DNA from: the human T2T-CHM13v2.0 reference genome, Homo sapiens
Direction: 5' to 3' (one strand)
DNA length: 64,000 bases
NCBI RefSeq assembly: GCF_009914755.1
Contig: NC_060928.1
In this document: positions 1-15,354 of the stretch, one piece after another
Numbering within the stretch: the first letter of the stretch is position 1
Layout of the letters: every line of letters starts with the position of its first letter
Program-made: the position numbers and the translations under genes
The notes under the pieces: model-generated
The model's input: the letters and a program-made list of their open reading frames with translations, nothing else
The model's database searches: none
What the model was told of the DNA's origin: nothing

Positions 1-333
1 ATAAAGACATATCTGAGACTGTGTAATTTATAAAGGAAAGAGGTTTAATTCACAGTTCCACATGGGTGGGGAGGCCTCAGGAAACTTACAATCGTGGCAG
101 AAGGCACCACTTCACGAGGTGGCAGGAGAGAGAATGAGTGCAAGCAGGGAAAACACCAGACACATAAAACCATCAGAACTCATGTGACTCACTCATTATC
201 ACGAGAACAGCATAGAGGAAACTACCCCCTTGATTTAATTACCTCTACCTGGTTCTCCCCTTGACATATGGGGATTATGAGGATTACAGTGTAAAGTGAG
301 ATTTGGGTGGGGACACAGAGCCAAACCATATCA
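1..333 (-). mobile_element. MaLR LTR, THE1/MSTA-like (THE1D-like), cut by window start
   Basis: Contains aaaggaaagaggtttaatt..cacagttcc..ggggaggcctcaggaaacttacaatc and ends gggacacagagccaaaccatatca, the reverse complement of the THE1/MST LTR start tgatatggtttggct. Confidence 0.9.
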
Positions 334-784
334 ATCACCAAGTCTAACTGTATTATAAATGTCCACCAAATTATAAGATAAATAATCATTGATATTATGA
401 CTTTCATTACTATGAATATGAATGAGGTTGGATAATCTTGGCTCTTTTAATTTCTTTTCGTGGTTATTAATAAGCCCTTATATTATCACTGTGCATATCA
501 TATAATATGTAATACAATACACACAAATATTACACAAAACAGCATTTATTTTCCAAACATTTTTTCTTTTTTATTTTAATACCCTTAAATATTTGTGATG
601 ATAACACATCATTTGCTTTTATAGTTATATATTTTAATATCTGGGGATGCAATTTCCGCTCAATACTCTTCTCTTAAAAAATTATCTTGGATAGTTTTAC
701 CCATTAACTTTTTTCTAGATTTCATTAAAATTCAATTTTATTTCTTATTTAAACAGATATTTTCATTCATCTTTTGAAAACAGC

Positions 785-2390
785 TTGGTTGTTTACAGTT
801 TGGACAATTATGAATAAAGCTGCTATAAACATTCATGTGCAGATTTTTGTGTAATTCTTATTTCTTTGGGATAAATGTGTAGGAATGTAGAAATTGGTCA
901 TATGATGTTTGCATTTTTTTTAATAAACAGCCAAGTGATTTTCTAGAGTGATTGTAATATTCTACATTCACACCAGCAATGTATGAGTAATATATTTTCT
1001 CTTTCCCCAGCAGAATTTAGAGTTGTCACTACTTTTAAATTGAACCATTCTTTTAGCTGCGTAGTGATATCTCATTGTGGTTTTAATTTTCAATTATCTA
1101 ATAGCTAATGATGTTGAAAATCTTTTCATGTGCTCATTTTTCATCTGTCTGTTCCCTTCAGTGAAACTCCTCTTCATGTTTTTGTGCCATTTTCTAATTG
1201 GATTGTTTGTCTTAATGTGTTTGAGTTTTGAGATTTCCTCATATATTCTAAATAGTTTTTTTTAAGATATATGACTTGTAAATATTTTCTTTCAGTCTAA
1301 AGCTCATTGTTCATACTTTTAATGAGTCTTTTACAGTTTTAAAAAATTAATTTTGATGAAGCATAATGTATCAATTTTTCCTTTTATGAATTGTGCTTTT
1401 GGTGTAAATTCTAGGAAATCTTCTCCCAGCCTAAGGTCCCAAATATTTTGTTATGAGTGTTTTTTTCCTGAAAAAGTTATAGTTTTATGATTTACATTTG
1501 AATCTGTGATATATTTTGAGTTAATGTTTGTATAAGGTGTGAGTCAGAAGTCTGTTTGTTTTGTCTTAGCATTTTGCCTGAGGATTTCTAATTGCTTGAT
1601 GTTATTTCTTTAACAGGCAATCTTTCCTCCATTGAATTACTTTTACAGATTTGTCAAAAATCAGGTAGTCATATTGGTGCAGCTCTATCTCTGGGTTCTC
1701 TGTTCTGTTCCATTGATGCCACTGTCAATACCACCAAGTATGGATTATTGTAGCTATATAATGTCTTGAAATTGGTTACACTGGTTCCTCCTATTATCTT
1801 CTTTTTCAAAACTGTTTTAGCAATTCTGGTTCCTTTCCCCTCCCATATAAATTTTAGAATATTCTTGTATGTATCTACAAAAAATATTATTGGGAGTTTG
1901 ATAGGAATTATGCTGCATCTGTATGTCAGTTTGAAGACAAATGGCATCTTTATAATGTTGAATCTTCCAACCCAATACATGGCAATTCCCTGCATTTATT
2001 CTGATTTTTTTTTTATTTCTTTCTTCAATATGTCGTTTTTGGCATACGGAGCGTATAAACATTTCATTAGATTTGTACCTAGGTTTTTTTTCTGTTTTTT
2101 TTTTTTTTTTTGGAGTGAATGTAAATGGTATTTTTCTGTTTTTAACTTTCACATCCATGTATTCATTGCTAATACAGAGAAATGAAATTTGTTTGTAATC
2201 TTCTCTTCTGTCTTGTGACCTTCCTCAACTTACTTATTAGTTCTAGAAGGTTTTCTTTGAATATACAATGGAATTCTTTATTTAAACAATCATATTATCT
2301 GCAAATAGGGACAGTTTTATTTCTTCCTTTCCAACTGAAATGTCTTTTATCTCTCTTTCTTTCTAATTGCATTGGCTAGAACTTCCATCT
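785..2390 (-). mobile_element. Old L1M (L1MB/L1MC-type) 3' UTR and ORF2 3' region, antisense
   Basis: Antisense L1 motifs (atgaataaagctgctataaacattcatgtgcag; caccagcaatgtatgag; ttccatataaattttagaat); ORF 1669-1995(-) resembles ORF2 C-terminal region (IPIKLP..FF...ILKFIW). Confidence 0.85.
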
Positions 2391-2826
2391 TGTTGATAAT
2401 TTAATTATATGTGTCAACTTGACTGGGCTAAGTAGTGCCAAGATAGCTGATAAAACACTATCTCTGGGTGTGTGTCAGGGTGTTTCTGGAAGAGATTAGC
2501 ATAGGAATTAACAAACTGAGTACAGAACTGTTCCCTCACCAATGCCATGGGACATCCTCCAATGTTTTGAGAGCCTGAATAGAACCGAAATTAGGAGGAA
2601 GGGTGCATTTGCTCTACTTGAGCTGGGGCATCCATCTTCTCCTGCCTTCAGACATCAGTTCTCTTGGTTCTTGAGCCTTCAAACTCAGACTGGAACAAGC
2701 ACCATTGTCTGCCTTGATTTTCAGGCCTTTGGATTTAGAGTGAATTGTATCACCAACTGTCCAGGTTCTCTAAGACAGACAGCAGATCATGGGATTCACA
2801 GTTTCCATCATTGCATAGATCAATTA

Positions 2827-2827
<1 letters not shown>
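2391..2827 (+). mobile_element. MLT2-family (ERVL) LTR inserted in the L1M
   Basis: tgtgtcaacttgactgggctaag...tctgggtgtgt..agggtgtttctggaagagattagcat; gagctggggcatccatcttctcctgcc, typical MLT2 motifs. Confidence 0.85.

Positions 2828-2828
<1 letters not shown>

Positions 2829-2866
<38 letters not shown>
2829..2866. repeat. (AC)19 microsatellite followed by short (TA)n
   Basis: Direct read; lies at the usual simple-repeat position near the MLT2 3' end. Confidence 0.95.
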
Positions 2867-2868
<2 letters not shown>

Positions 2869-2959
2869 ATATATATATTCAAATATATGCATATGTATGC
2901 AGGCATATAAATTACTGATTTATTAAAATAATAAAAATAATTTATTATTAGAATAATAA

Positions 2960-3220
2960 ACATGCTTATCTTCATTGGTCTATCGATATGATGGATTATA
3001 CTCATCAGTTTTTATTTGTTAAACCAGGCTTTTATACCTGAAATAAGCACCATTGATTATATTGTACATGAGTTTTATATATTGCTTAATTCTATTTGCT
3101 AATATTTTGTTAACATTTTTGCGTCTACTTTAATCAAATATATTTGTAAATTTTTGTATGTGTGCTAAGTTTTCTAGTCTTTGCAGTAGGGTAACAAAAG
3201 CTTTGTGTAATAAATTGGAA
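2960..3220 (-). mobile_element. L1M ORF2 fragment, continuation of 785-2390
   Basis: ttaaaccaggctttt..cctgaaataagcac; ctatttgctaatattttgtt..atttttgcgtcta (antisense ORF2 RT region). Confidence 0.65.
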
Positions 3221-3479
3221 ATGTACTACACAAGAAAAAGTAGAGGCTCAGTAACATACACAAGCATGAGCTATTCTGTACTCACCTTACTTAAAAGCAA
3301 TTCATCTCAAATTATATAGAGAAGTGGCAGTTGTTTTTTATTTGTTTTTTTTTATAATTTAAATTTGTCAAAAGCTTTCATAAAATAAAATAAAAATTAA
3401 TTACCAGCAAAATGAAGGAAACAAAATATTAAATCATTATTATTATCATTATCAGTTTTAACAGATGTAAAATTACCTT

Positions 3480-4370
3480 TTCTGCCACTTTCTTGGTCAA
3501 GGTCACCATTATTTATTGGTGTAGTAATACCCTCCCATGTGGTTTCCTTATTTGAAATCTTGTCATCTTCAGTATTTCCTCAATACAACATGTGAATAAT
3601 TCTCTAGAAACGTTTATCTGGTCATGTAACTGCTCTTCACATGTCATTAAGAATGAAATACAGGCCAGGAGCAGTGGCTCACACCTGTAATCCCAGCACT
3701 TTGGGAGGCTGAGGCGGGCAGATCACGAGGTCAGGAGATGGAGACCATCCTGGCTAACACAGTGAAACCCCGTCTCTACTAAAAGTACAAAAAATTATCT
3801 AGGCATGGTGGCGGGTGCCTGTAGTCCAAAGCCCTTGTCAGAATTAAAGCAGAAATTTTTTCAATGTCTTAAAGTTACTACACAGTATACCTCCTTCCCT
3901 TAACTCTGACCTCATCTCTTACTATTCTCTGCATTTCTCCCTTTGCCACAGCCACACTGGTTGCCTTGCTATTCATCAAACATATTATGCAGGCTTCTGT
4001 CTCACAACATTTCTACTGCTCTCTCCTTTGCCTGGAGTCTATAGTCCTTCAAATAGCTAAATCATTCTACCTTTAATTCTCATAAGTACTTGCTCAAATA
4101 TTGGCTTTTAATGAGGATTTTCCTGTTCACCTATTTAAAATTTAAATCTATACCCATATATCCTCTGAACATCCTCATTAACCTTTCCTTTTACATTTTA
4201 TCTATAATACTTAAACCATATAAAATGTCATATTATTAACTTATTTTAGATATGTTCCATGTAATTATATGATAATATAAAAGCCTGGTTTCACTATTAC
4301 CTTCTTAGGGCCTAATATAATGTTTTATACATATCAAAAAATAATAAACATGTGAATGAATCAATAAATA
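3480..4370 (+). mobile_element. L2a 3' region, interrupted by truncated Alu
   Basis: cagccacactggttgccttgctattcatcaaaca; tttgcctgga; ends aataaacatgtgaatgaatcaataaat (L2 tail). Confidence 0.7.
3663..3827 (+). mobile_element. AluY-like, 3'-truncated (left arm plus about 30 nt of right arm, no poly-A)
   Basis: ggccaggagcagtggctcacacctgtaatcccagcac...gatcacgaggtcaggagatggagaccatcctggctaacac; stops at cctgtagtcc. Confidence 0.93.
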
Positions 4371-4448
4371 AAAGGATTTTTATAAATACTAATGATGCTA
4401 CTAATTTTTGTTTTATTTAATAAAAGTTTTTGACAAATTTTACTTTGA

Positions 4449-4734
<286 letters not shown>

Positions 4735-4875
4735 TGACAAATGTAAATTTTAGGATGATGAGCAGTTAAAAATTATCTACATATAAACCTTGTAGTCTAA
4801 ATACAAATTAAAATTGTTTTTGAAAAATATCACAGATTTGAGTGCTATAGACTAAATGTTTTGAGAGACTTATAA

Positions 4876-4994
4876 AGGAAGGAAAGAAGGAAGAAAGCAA
4901 GGAAAAAGAGAGGGAAGGAGGGGAGGGGAGGAGAAAGGAGGGGAGGGGAGGGGAAAGGAGGGGAGGGGAGGGAAAGGGGAAGAGAGGGGAGGGG
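4876..4994. repeat. Purine-rich (GGAA/GGAGG)n low-complexity tract
   Basis: About 120 nt of almost pure A/G with many GGG/GGGG runs. Confidence 0.9.
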
Positions 4995-5304
4995 CAATAT
5001 ATAATCAGCGATGTTGTTCATGCCATATATGAATGAGGTATTTAAATTTTTATTTAACTAGTAATCAAAAATAACAATAATTACTTTGCATGCCAATTAT
5101 TATAGGAATACGCGGGAGATATTGTTTCTTTAAAAGACATGTCACTCTTTTGCCTTTTATTATATCGAAAGGTAAACTAAATAGACAATAAACGAATACT
5201 GTGTAATTTTACGTCACACTTTCTGCCAGATATTTTTCTAAATACATAATTTCATTTAAATCTTTGTATCAACATATGAGGTAGGTGCTTCTTTATTTCT
5301 TTCT

Positions 5305-5392
5305 GGGGTGCCAAGTTCACCTAGCTGGCAAATTGAGGGACTTGAGTAGAACACATGCAATCTGGCCCCAGAGCCCATGCTCTTATCCACTT
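5305..5392 (-). mobile_element. MIR fragment
   Basis: caagttcacctagctggcaa...tctggccccagagcccatgctcttatccact resembles the antisense MIR 5' end. Confidence 0.6.
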
Positions 5393-7099
5393 ATATTGTC
5401 TTTTTATACATTAGGGAGCTACTATCAAATACAAATAATAAATATCATTCACTTTGTACTTATTCTTATTGACAATAAAATTAAGAATAAGTTAATTTAT
5501 TTAAACTAACATGATAACAATAAGCTAAGTAGTCTCCTGTTTTTGTCCAACTATGGACATTTCAATCTGACTCTGTGTGTGTGGGCACGTGTGCCTGTGT
5601 TTTGCTTATGTACAGAAAAGCCAGAATTCTACAACGCAGTAGAAGGTGATGAAGTCCAGGAAAAATAGTAGAAAGACTGCAGTCTAAAAGAAGTTTTTTG
5701 GAAACTTTCCAAGATGTGTTATAGCTGGGTTAATACAATAAGAATTTCATATATAGTTTTCAATTCCAGTTTTATTTATTGTTATATATACATTTGATTT
5801 TTTATCATATAACTTGTGATTTAAACAAATGTATTCACTAGATTTATAGGAGAAACTAAATTTTATTCTTATAACTAATCGTTCTTATATTTTAGTATCC
5901 AATTCTTATCATGTACATCATGCGGGGCTGACACATCTTACTCATGCTCTTGGAGTTTCTAAGACAACAAGCTGGCTCTGATAAAATATATTGATCATAT
6001 ATTGATTTACAATTTTCACAGTGCATGGATTTATAATTTTCACAATGCACAATCATTTTATATAATGCATAGGGAAATTTAATAATTGAAATGCACATTT
6101 TATCTCTGTGGACATTACATCATATTAAATCAAATCAATATTTTATCATAATGTACTACAAGTAAAAATGTGCTGTTTTTTAAAAGTTATTGTTTTGAAA
6201 GGTCTTATGTAAAATACTGAATTGTCAAATTATTCTAACCACCTAGTTTTTTCCACTCCTAATAAAATTCTTCTACCAAAAATTGACAGAGTAAGCCAAT
6301 GGAAGTTATTCATTCTCTGTATGTATCTATTTCATATACATTCTCTTCACCTTAGTCTTCTACCATTCCAAGGAATCATGACTTTGAATAGCTGTATGTT
6401 TCCTTCTTATTAAGACAAACAGTAAATGAAGTATGACACAGATATGATAAAAATGTAACAAACATGAAACATTTTATATCAGTTCTGTAACATTCCATTT
6501 AATTATTAAAAGTTACATACATTTTGGTCACTTAGGAAATTTTAAATTCCAAGTATTATTACTCAACACTTTTTATAGATTCCAAAATCTCTGCAGAATA
6601 TTTCAACCTAGGGAAAACCTGTGATACTAAGAATTTGATATATGTTGCATATATCATATTTTCTATCTCACTACTTCATATTTCTAACCTTGTTTAACAG
6701 AGAAATTGAGACAATTTACAGAACACACACATATGAAATGATGACACACTAGAAAAAAAGCAAATACCAAAAGCAACATACTGGTTTGGAAAAAAAAATC
6801 ACAGCTATGTTTTAAAATATAGAGAAAATTCTTTACATAATTGCTGTAGTGAGCTTTGCATTCAATTCTGAGTTTCTTGGCAATCAGTGCAAAATCAATG
6901 ACATATTTTATTGTCAAAATAGTTAAAGCATACTAGTATTTCAAAGAAAAAGTGAATTCAAAATACCATTTATTATGTGGGCTCCACATAGGAGAGCACT
7001 GCATAAATAGCACGATTGTGCAGCAACTGGAAAACTGAATTGCACTTCACTACAATTTGTTTTGAAAACAGACCTTCAATATAAAACACAGACTGATAA

Positions 7100-7844
7100 C
7101 ATCAACACTTAGCCCAGGAAAAAGATTATTAGAAGGTTATGGAGTGATGAAGTCATTTTTTCCCATGGAAGTAATTGAGGGAGGCATTACTGGTACCTAA
7201 CAAAAAGAGGCTAGGAATGGCAGATATGATAATGCATGCAACGGTCTTGCACAATACAGTTATTTAAGACTTATCTGAGTTGCAAATAACCTGCTGGACA
7301 TTCATCTTGGTAGAAAGGACATTTATGACTATTTGAGCTTAGAAACTAGTTTACATTCAAAAAAACCCAAAACATTTCTTGCATTTTACTATGCAAAAAT
7401 GGTAATTACTAATAGAGAAGATCTTATTTTGTTTGATTTGGAAATTTATCAGTTTTTTTTCATTTTGGGAAAGTCACATCACCAATACAAAAGTATTTGG
7501 ATTGCCATTCTCAAATTTGCATAACTCTGGTTCTATAGCTGTTGTAAATATATACCCTAGTTCCTGGTTCAGGGAATAGATTTTCTTCCTTATACCTTCG
7601 AAGGTAGTTTCATGCCTGCACATTTCCATATTAAAAATTATTAGTTTATAGTAAGAATTACTTTCTTCTTATACATCTTTACATTAGCATTAGGGTATTT
7701 TGTAGGTTACATCTGTTTTTAGATTTAAAGTTTTATATTCGAATAAAATTATGTTTTGTATTAATTTCAGTTGAATGTTTATTACAACATATTTTATTTA
7801 AAAAGAAAAGGAAGGTTTTGTTCCGATAAATTTCAGAATCACTG
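7100..7844 (+). mobile_element. hAT-Charlie DNA transposon, MER20B-like
   Basis: tactggtacctaa..gaggctaggaatg; ctggacattcat; catgcctgcacatttccatatt; ends with TIR-like ttcagaatcactg. Confidence 0.6.
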
Positions 7845-7948
7845 GGTTAATGTAATGTCGGAGTACTATTCACTTATAGGATGCTTAGCTTATAAATGTA
7901 GAATATAAAATAAATAGAATTGGAGAAAAGTGCATATTCTTCATATGA

Positions 7949-8182
<234 letters not shown>

Positions 8183-9599
8183 TAATTAACAGTTTAAGCA
8201 AATATTTTCTAATAAGTCTAGTGTTCTTTCTTGCAATTGAAGAAAGATTCATCTGATTTGATAACAATAGAATAGTTCTATAAGGGATAATAATCAAATT
8301 ACTGCAAAATGAAATTCTAATAAATGAAAATATGGTTAACGAGATTGGACCGTGCACAACATATGATGAATTTTAACTATAGACATTTCGATAAAATAAA
8401 TCACATAATTTGATTGAAAGCTATTTCTTCCCTAAAATTTTCCTTATTCAGAACCAGCATTTTCTCCCTAAAAGTAAGTGATACACTAGAAATAAAATGA
8501 TAAAGAATCATGGATAGCTGGTAAGTATAGTTAGGAGAGGCACGTTTCATTTCTGAAAATTTTCAGTTCCTTTTACGGAAACATAAGTTTAAATCTTAAA
8601 AATTTACTTTGTCATTTTCAATGCAACAATCTTATACAATGTCTTATTTATAGTATTTTTTAAAAAACAGGTTACAAGAATCATTAACAAATGCAAAACA
8701 GAATAGCATCAATGCTCACTCATAATGACACCTGTAACAAATTTAATTAATCCTAAAAATACATATTCCATGCTTCCTTTTTCATGTTTTTTCTCAATTG
8801 TGGAAAAAGATGGAATTTTCCATATTCAATTTTAAAATTCATTGGAATATTTAATTAGACAATGAAAATAAAGTATAAATCTTTGACCTAGACATGCACA
8901 GATGTTTTCAATAGGTGTACTGACATTATTAATGACAAAGAAACTTTCCTTACGGGGAAGGTTTCCTGTGCTGCTGTTTTTATTATTGTTTTATAGTAGT
9001 TATGCTTAGGTCCTAGGGCCAGGCAGATATCCAATATGCATTTTGAGTAGTTGAGCCATGCAAAGGTAACTGAGTTTTCATTGAATTTTATTTTTATTTT
9101 GCTTTGAGATGTAAAGGTAAATACATATAGTATGCAATCACATATCAAGTGTAATTTTTAATTTTCCAAGTAATGAAAGATGCCATTCTTGAATCAAATC
9201 ATGAAAAAACACAAGTATATAAATTAAGAAACTTTCTTTCCTCTAAATTCTATTCCTCTTTACCAAGAGAAAGAGGTGGTCACATTCTTTACTTTTGTTT
9301 AACATGTTCCTCTCTAATCCTCTACACATAGAGCCAAACTCTCTCTCATACATGTAGACACGTGCACTGATATATTTATAGACAAGTAACTATACTATAT
9401 GATTTACTGTGAATAACATTTTATAATGTAAATTTAAAGTTATACTCTACAAACGTCCCTATGTCTACACAATATAAGTTGATTATAGTTAATTTATAGT
9501 AAAATGTAATTAATAATAAAATAACATTGTTTAGTGTTTCCAAAACATCATTAGTTTTTATAAAATAATAAAGTTTATAATTTCTATCAGAAAATAATA

Positions 9600-10870
<1,271 letters not shown>

Positions 10871-10899
10871 AACAGAACAATGATATGGGCCAGCTGGCA

Positions 10900-11460
10900 C
10901 ACACATATGCTGATGATGGAACTATTAATGTCACTACTACTTTAAGAAGCAGTTTGATAGTTTCTTAAAATGTTAAATATGCAGACGTCATATAATTCAG
11001 CTATTTAACATCCAGGTATTTACTCAAGAGAAAAGAATGTGTGTGCCTATAAAGAGGTTTGTAGATGAAAATTTATGGTAGATGTATTGGCAATTGTCTA
11101 CAAGTGGAAATAACCCAAATGTCCATCACCAGGTTAATTAATACACAAATTGTGTTATAGTTTACAATGAAATGCTGCTTGGTGATAGGACTATTGATAC
11201 ATGCAAAAACATGAGTAAATTTCAAAATAATTATGCCAACAAAAATGAGTTCAGAGGGTAGAGCTGCATTAAATGGAGAAAGAAATACCAAGGAGCATGG
11301 GAAAATTACTTGGGGTAATGAATATTTCCATAATTTTAGTAACAAGTTCATGGGTGTAACATAGGTATACATGTGTCAAAGCTTATCAAACTGTATAGTT
11401 TGATATATGCAGTATATTATTTGTCAATTATAACTGAACAAAACTGTTTTTAAAAGTTGT
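10900..11460 (+). mobile_element. L1MC/L1ME-type 3' end fragment
   Basis: gcagtttgatagtttcttaaaatgttaaa; tggaaataacccaaatgtccatca; tgtcaaagcttatcaaactgta. Confidence 0.75.
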
Positions 11461-11461
11461 C

Positions 11462-12190
11462 AAAGAGATACCACTACACACCCCAATAGAATGATCTAAA
11501 TTACATAAACTCACGATACCACTTATGAGTAAGTATGTGAACAATTTGAACACTCTGTCATTCATTGCTGGTTGGAGTACTACATGGAGTACAGACATTT
11601 TGGAAAGCAGTTTGGCCATTTCTTAGAAATATAAACATACACTTATAATAGAACCCAGCAATCTTTCTCCTAAGTTTTTATACAACTTAGTAAGAAAACA
11701 TATGTTCACAATAAAACTTGTATTTCAGTGTTCAAAGCAACATTATTTAATTTCTCAAAACACTGGAAGCAATCTACTAGTGAATGAATAAACAAATTGT
11801 GGTATATCAACACAGTCAGATGCTACTCCACAATTAAAAGCGGTGAACTGTGAATACATGCAACAATCTTGATGAATCTCAAAGCATTGTGCTAAGTAAA
11901 AGAAGCCAGACACAAAAATTTATGTATTGTAGGAAGCCATGTATATGACATTCTGGAAAAGGCAAAACTATCAGCTAGAAACGAAGTCAATGGCTGTCAC
12001 GGGCGGGAGTTAAGGGAGTAGATTGACTACAGGAGTGTACACAGAACTTTTGTGGAATAATGGAATACTCCCTATCATGATTGTGATGGTGGTTACATAA
12101 CTGAATACATTTTTTAAAATTGAATCATACACTTAAAAATGGTAAATTTTATTTTATGTTAATTTTACCTCAGTGAAGGTGATTATAAAA
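11462..12190 (+). mobile_element. Second L1M (L1MC/L1MB-type) 3' end fragment
   Basis: gagataccactacaca; ttggaaagcagtttggccatttctt; gctaagtaaaagaagccagacacaaaa; tctggaaaaggcaaaacta. Confidence 0.8.
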
Positions 12191-13912
12191 ACAAATAAAC
12201 TGATCTCTAAAAAGTCGTCTCCAAATTTCACATAGAAAAGAACAAGAAAGATTGCAGTGTAAACTAGCCAGTTAAAAAAAAGATTAAAAAAATTAAACTC
12301 TTATGGACTTTTAAAAATATATTCTTTATCAATTTCAGTGATAAATTTACTAAAAAATGTTTTTCATTTATCTATAGCTGAGTTTTATCTTTTTTTGAAG
12401 TAGTACGTAAAGGTGAAAACACTTTCGAGTAAATGATCAAAAGCGAATTAGTAAATACAAGAAACAGCTGATTGCTGGATGAAGTTAAATTGATTCGAGC
12501 TGGTTTCCTCAGAGCAGGTAACATCAAGTCTTATGTACTTCAACTTTCTAACAAAAGTCAAATTCTGCAAATTAGAAACAGGAAAAAATAAAGATTATTT
12601 AGTATGTACTTTGGCAAGATATAGGTAGCATTCTAGAATAACACTATCTACAAAACCGGTTGGCAGTGTTTATAAGGAAAAATGTCTGCCACTTTAAATT
12701 ACGTTATATATTTCTTTTAAAAGGCTTGTAACAGAATGTAATACAGCTCGTCTTTCAGAAATTGCCCAACAGATGCTTTTTATATATATTTTGTCCAAGT
12801 ACAGTATTTCATTCATTCTTAATTAAATGTTTATATGACTCAAATTTAAGTTAACTTGAAATTATGTGTTTTATTTGAATTCTGAGAGCAGGCAATACCC
12901 TGTCCTATCATGGAATAATGTAAAAGGCAAACTATTTTAAAATCTTTTCTAGTGAAACTAATCCCTGTGTTCTAAGCAGAGGATTTTATTAGCGTTTATC
13001 GAGCACTATGCTCCGCAAATAAATTCTCTATTTTTGTTGGCATTATTAAGAGCTATAATGAATATTCTAAACCTGTCTTCAACAAAAGTTATTTTTATAT
13101 GTCACTGTTGACACTTAAACAATGAAGCTTGTAGAACTTTAGACAAAATTTCCACACCATGAGGCACAGTTTATCCGAACTTTTAAAACCTTCAACTCAG
13201 AAGGACTAATATGGGAAAATGTATACGTACTCATTATTTAAAAGCTTCATGACAATATAAAAATACTGGGCTCTTAAAAATAGACTTTTCTGAGAATTTG
13301 AGGGGAACTAGAGGGGGGAAAATAAAACAAATAGTGGAAGTAGCCATGAGGGTCCTCATAGTGAACTTGGTGAGGAAAGTTTTTTAAGTGGATACTTACA
13401 GTGTGGTTCAGACATCCATATAATAATGTTATTCTAATAACTTTTATGAAAGATACTTAGATAAACTTTCCTGAACCACCAATTGATATACGCTATGGTG
13501 TTTCAAAGGGGAGCAAAAAAAGGAAATGTATAACATGTTTTAACCGCCTTTCTTTTAGAACTGGAAATTGTTTCTCTTTTCTGAGTCAAAAACAAGCAAA
13601 TCATAGTGAAAGATAAGAATGACAAAAATCAGCATCATTAAGGGAGTGATTGTGTGTGTTGTGCTCAGTCCTACAGGGAAGAAAAGCCATTGTGTTTAAC
13701 ATATCTCACCCTATTAGAAAAAGAATATTCTTTATTACCCTTCATATTATATTATTACATATCACTTTTTATGTGCATAGATCTGTCATTTTAAACTTTG
13801 CTTCAGATAGAATATTATTGCAATCATCTAAAAAAATAATATTTTAAAATATTTGTGTCTCAATCCTGATGATGGAGATGTTTATTACTGATTAGAAATA
13901 GGAAAAATAACG

Positions 13913-13933
13913 TCTCTCTCTCTCTCTCTGTCT

Positions 13934-13966
<33 letters not shown>
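13913..13966. repeat. Compound (TC)n/(GT)16 microsatellite
   Basis: Direct read. Confidence 0.95.
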
Positions 13967-13969
<3 letters not shown>

Positions 13970-14253
13970 ATAAAAACATACAAGCTAATAACTTGCATAT
14001 CAAGGGCAGTTTTTAACATAAGAAGGAAGGTACCCATTCTAAAGGTGTTTATTAAAGGGCAAGGCTCCCAAAGTTCTACAGGGCAAGGAGTGAGATGCAT
14101 ATGTAGCTGAATGGTGAAGCAAAATACAAATTTCAAGTTCAGTAAAAGGGCTGGATGCTGAACTCAGTATGATTGATAACCTAGTGTAAACATAATTTGT
14201 AGAACTAAAAACAACAAATAAAAACAATGAAAGTAAAGTGTAATGTTTTTTGA

Positions 14254-14458
<205 letters not shown>

Positions 14459-15354
14459 TGAATCTTCAGAGTCTTTGTAGACAATTTACATTTGCTTTCA
14501 AACTAAAATCAAAATGCTCTGTTGTTTATTGTTATCAGCCTTTAAAAATAGAAGCACATAAAACTTATTTTAAAGAAAGTGCTTCTTAAATTGGTATTTT
14601 AGATGAAAAGTTTCAGAGAAAGAGGCTCAGGTGACTAGATTGTAATGTTTCTAGTTACTATGAAAAACAAGAGAACCCTGAGTAGTGGTTAAGAGAAAAA
14701 CAGGGGCTAACTAGAGACAAACTAGACCTCAAGAAATGTCAAATTTTTATTATAGCTCTGGATACTTTTCTTAAAATAATCTAAGCCCTTTTTTCTCAAC
14801 ATGATGACAGAAAAAAATTCTCTGCCATTCTTTTTATTTATTTTAATATTGATCATTCTGTATTATAGAGGTAAATTCTCAATTATTACAAATAATCAAA
14901 ATTATTTTTTCAATTAATCATTTTTCTCTAAAATAATTTTTTAAATATGTGATTTATTTTTGGTAGACTTTCTTTTTTTCCCACACCTCTGGGCTTCTGT
15001 AATAGAAAAGGGAAATTGAGAATAAACCAGTAATAATCCAAATATTCTTTAATTAGAGATTGGGAAAATTTTCTTCAAGATAACAGTGCATTTTCTTCAT
15101 AGCCTTTTACTTAAATTTACCTGATACTTCCAAAGTATTTTATTACTGGAAAAATACACAAAAATAATAACAATGCCCAAAACAATGTAGGAGAATAAAA
15201 TGGGTGGTAGGATTACCAGAAGGTAACATTTGGGAACATGATGTTTTCCAGACAGAACAATAGCCTTCTGCTATTTGAGAAAGAGAAAACACATTAGTAA
15301 TGCACGTATGGCTACGTACACAAAAATATCAAGAATTGCATCATGTTGAAACTT

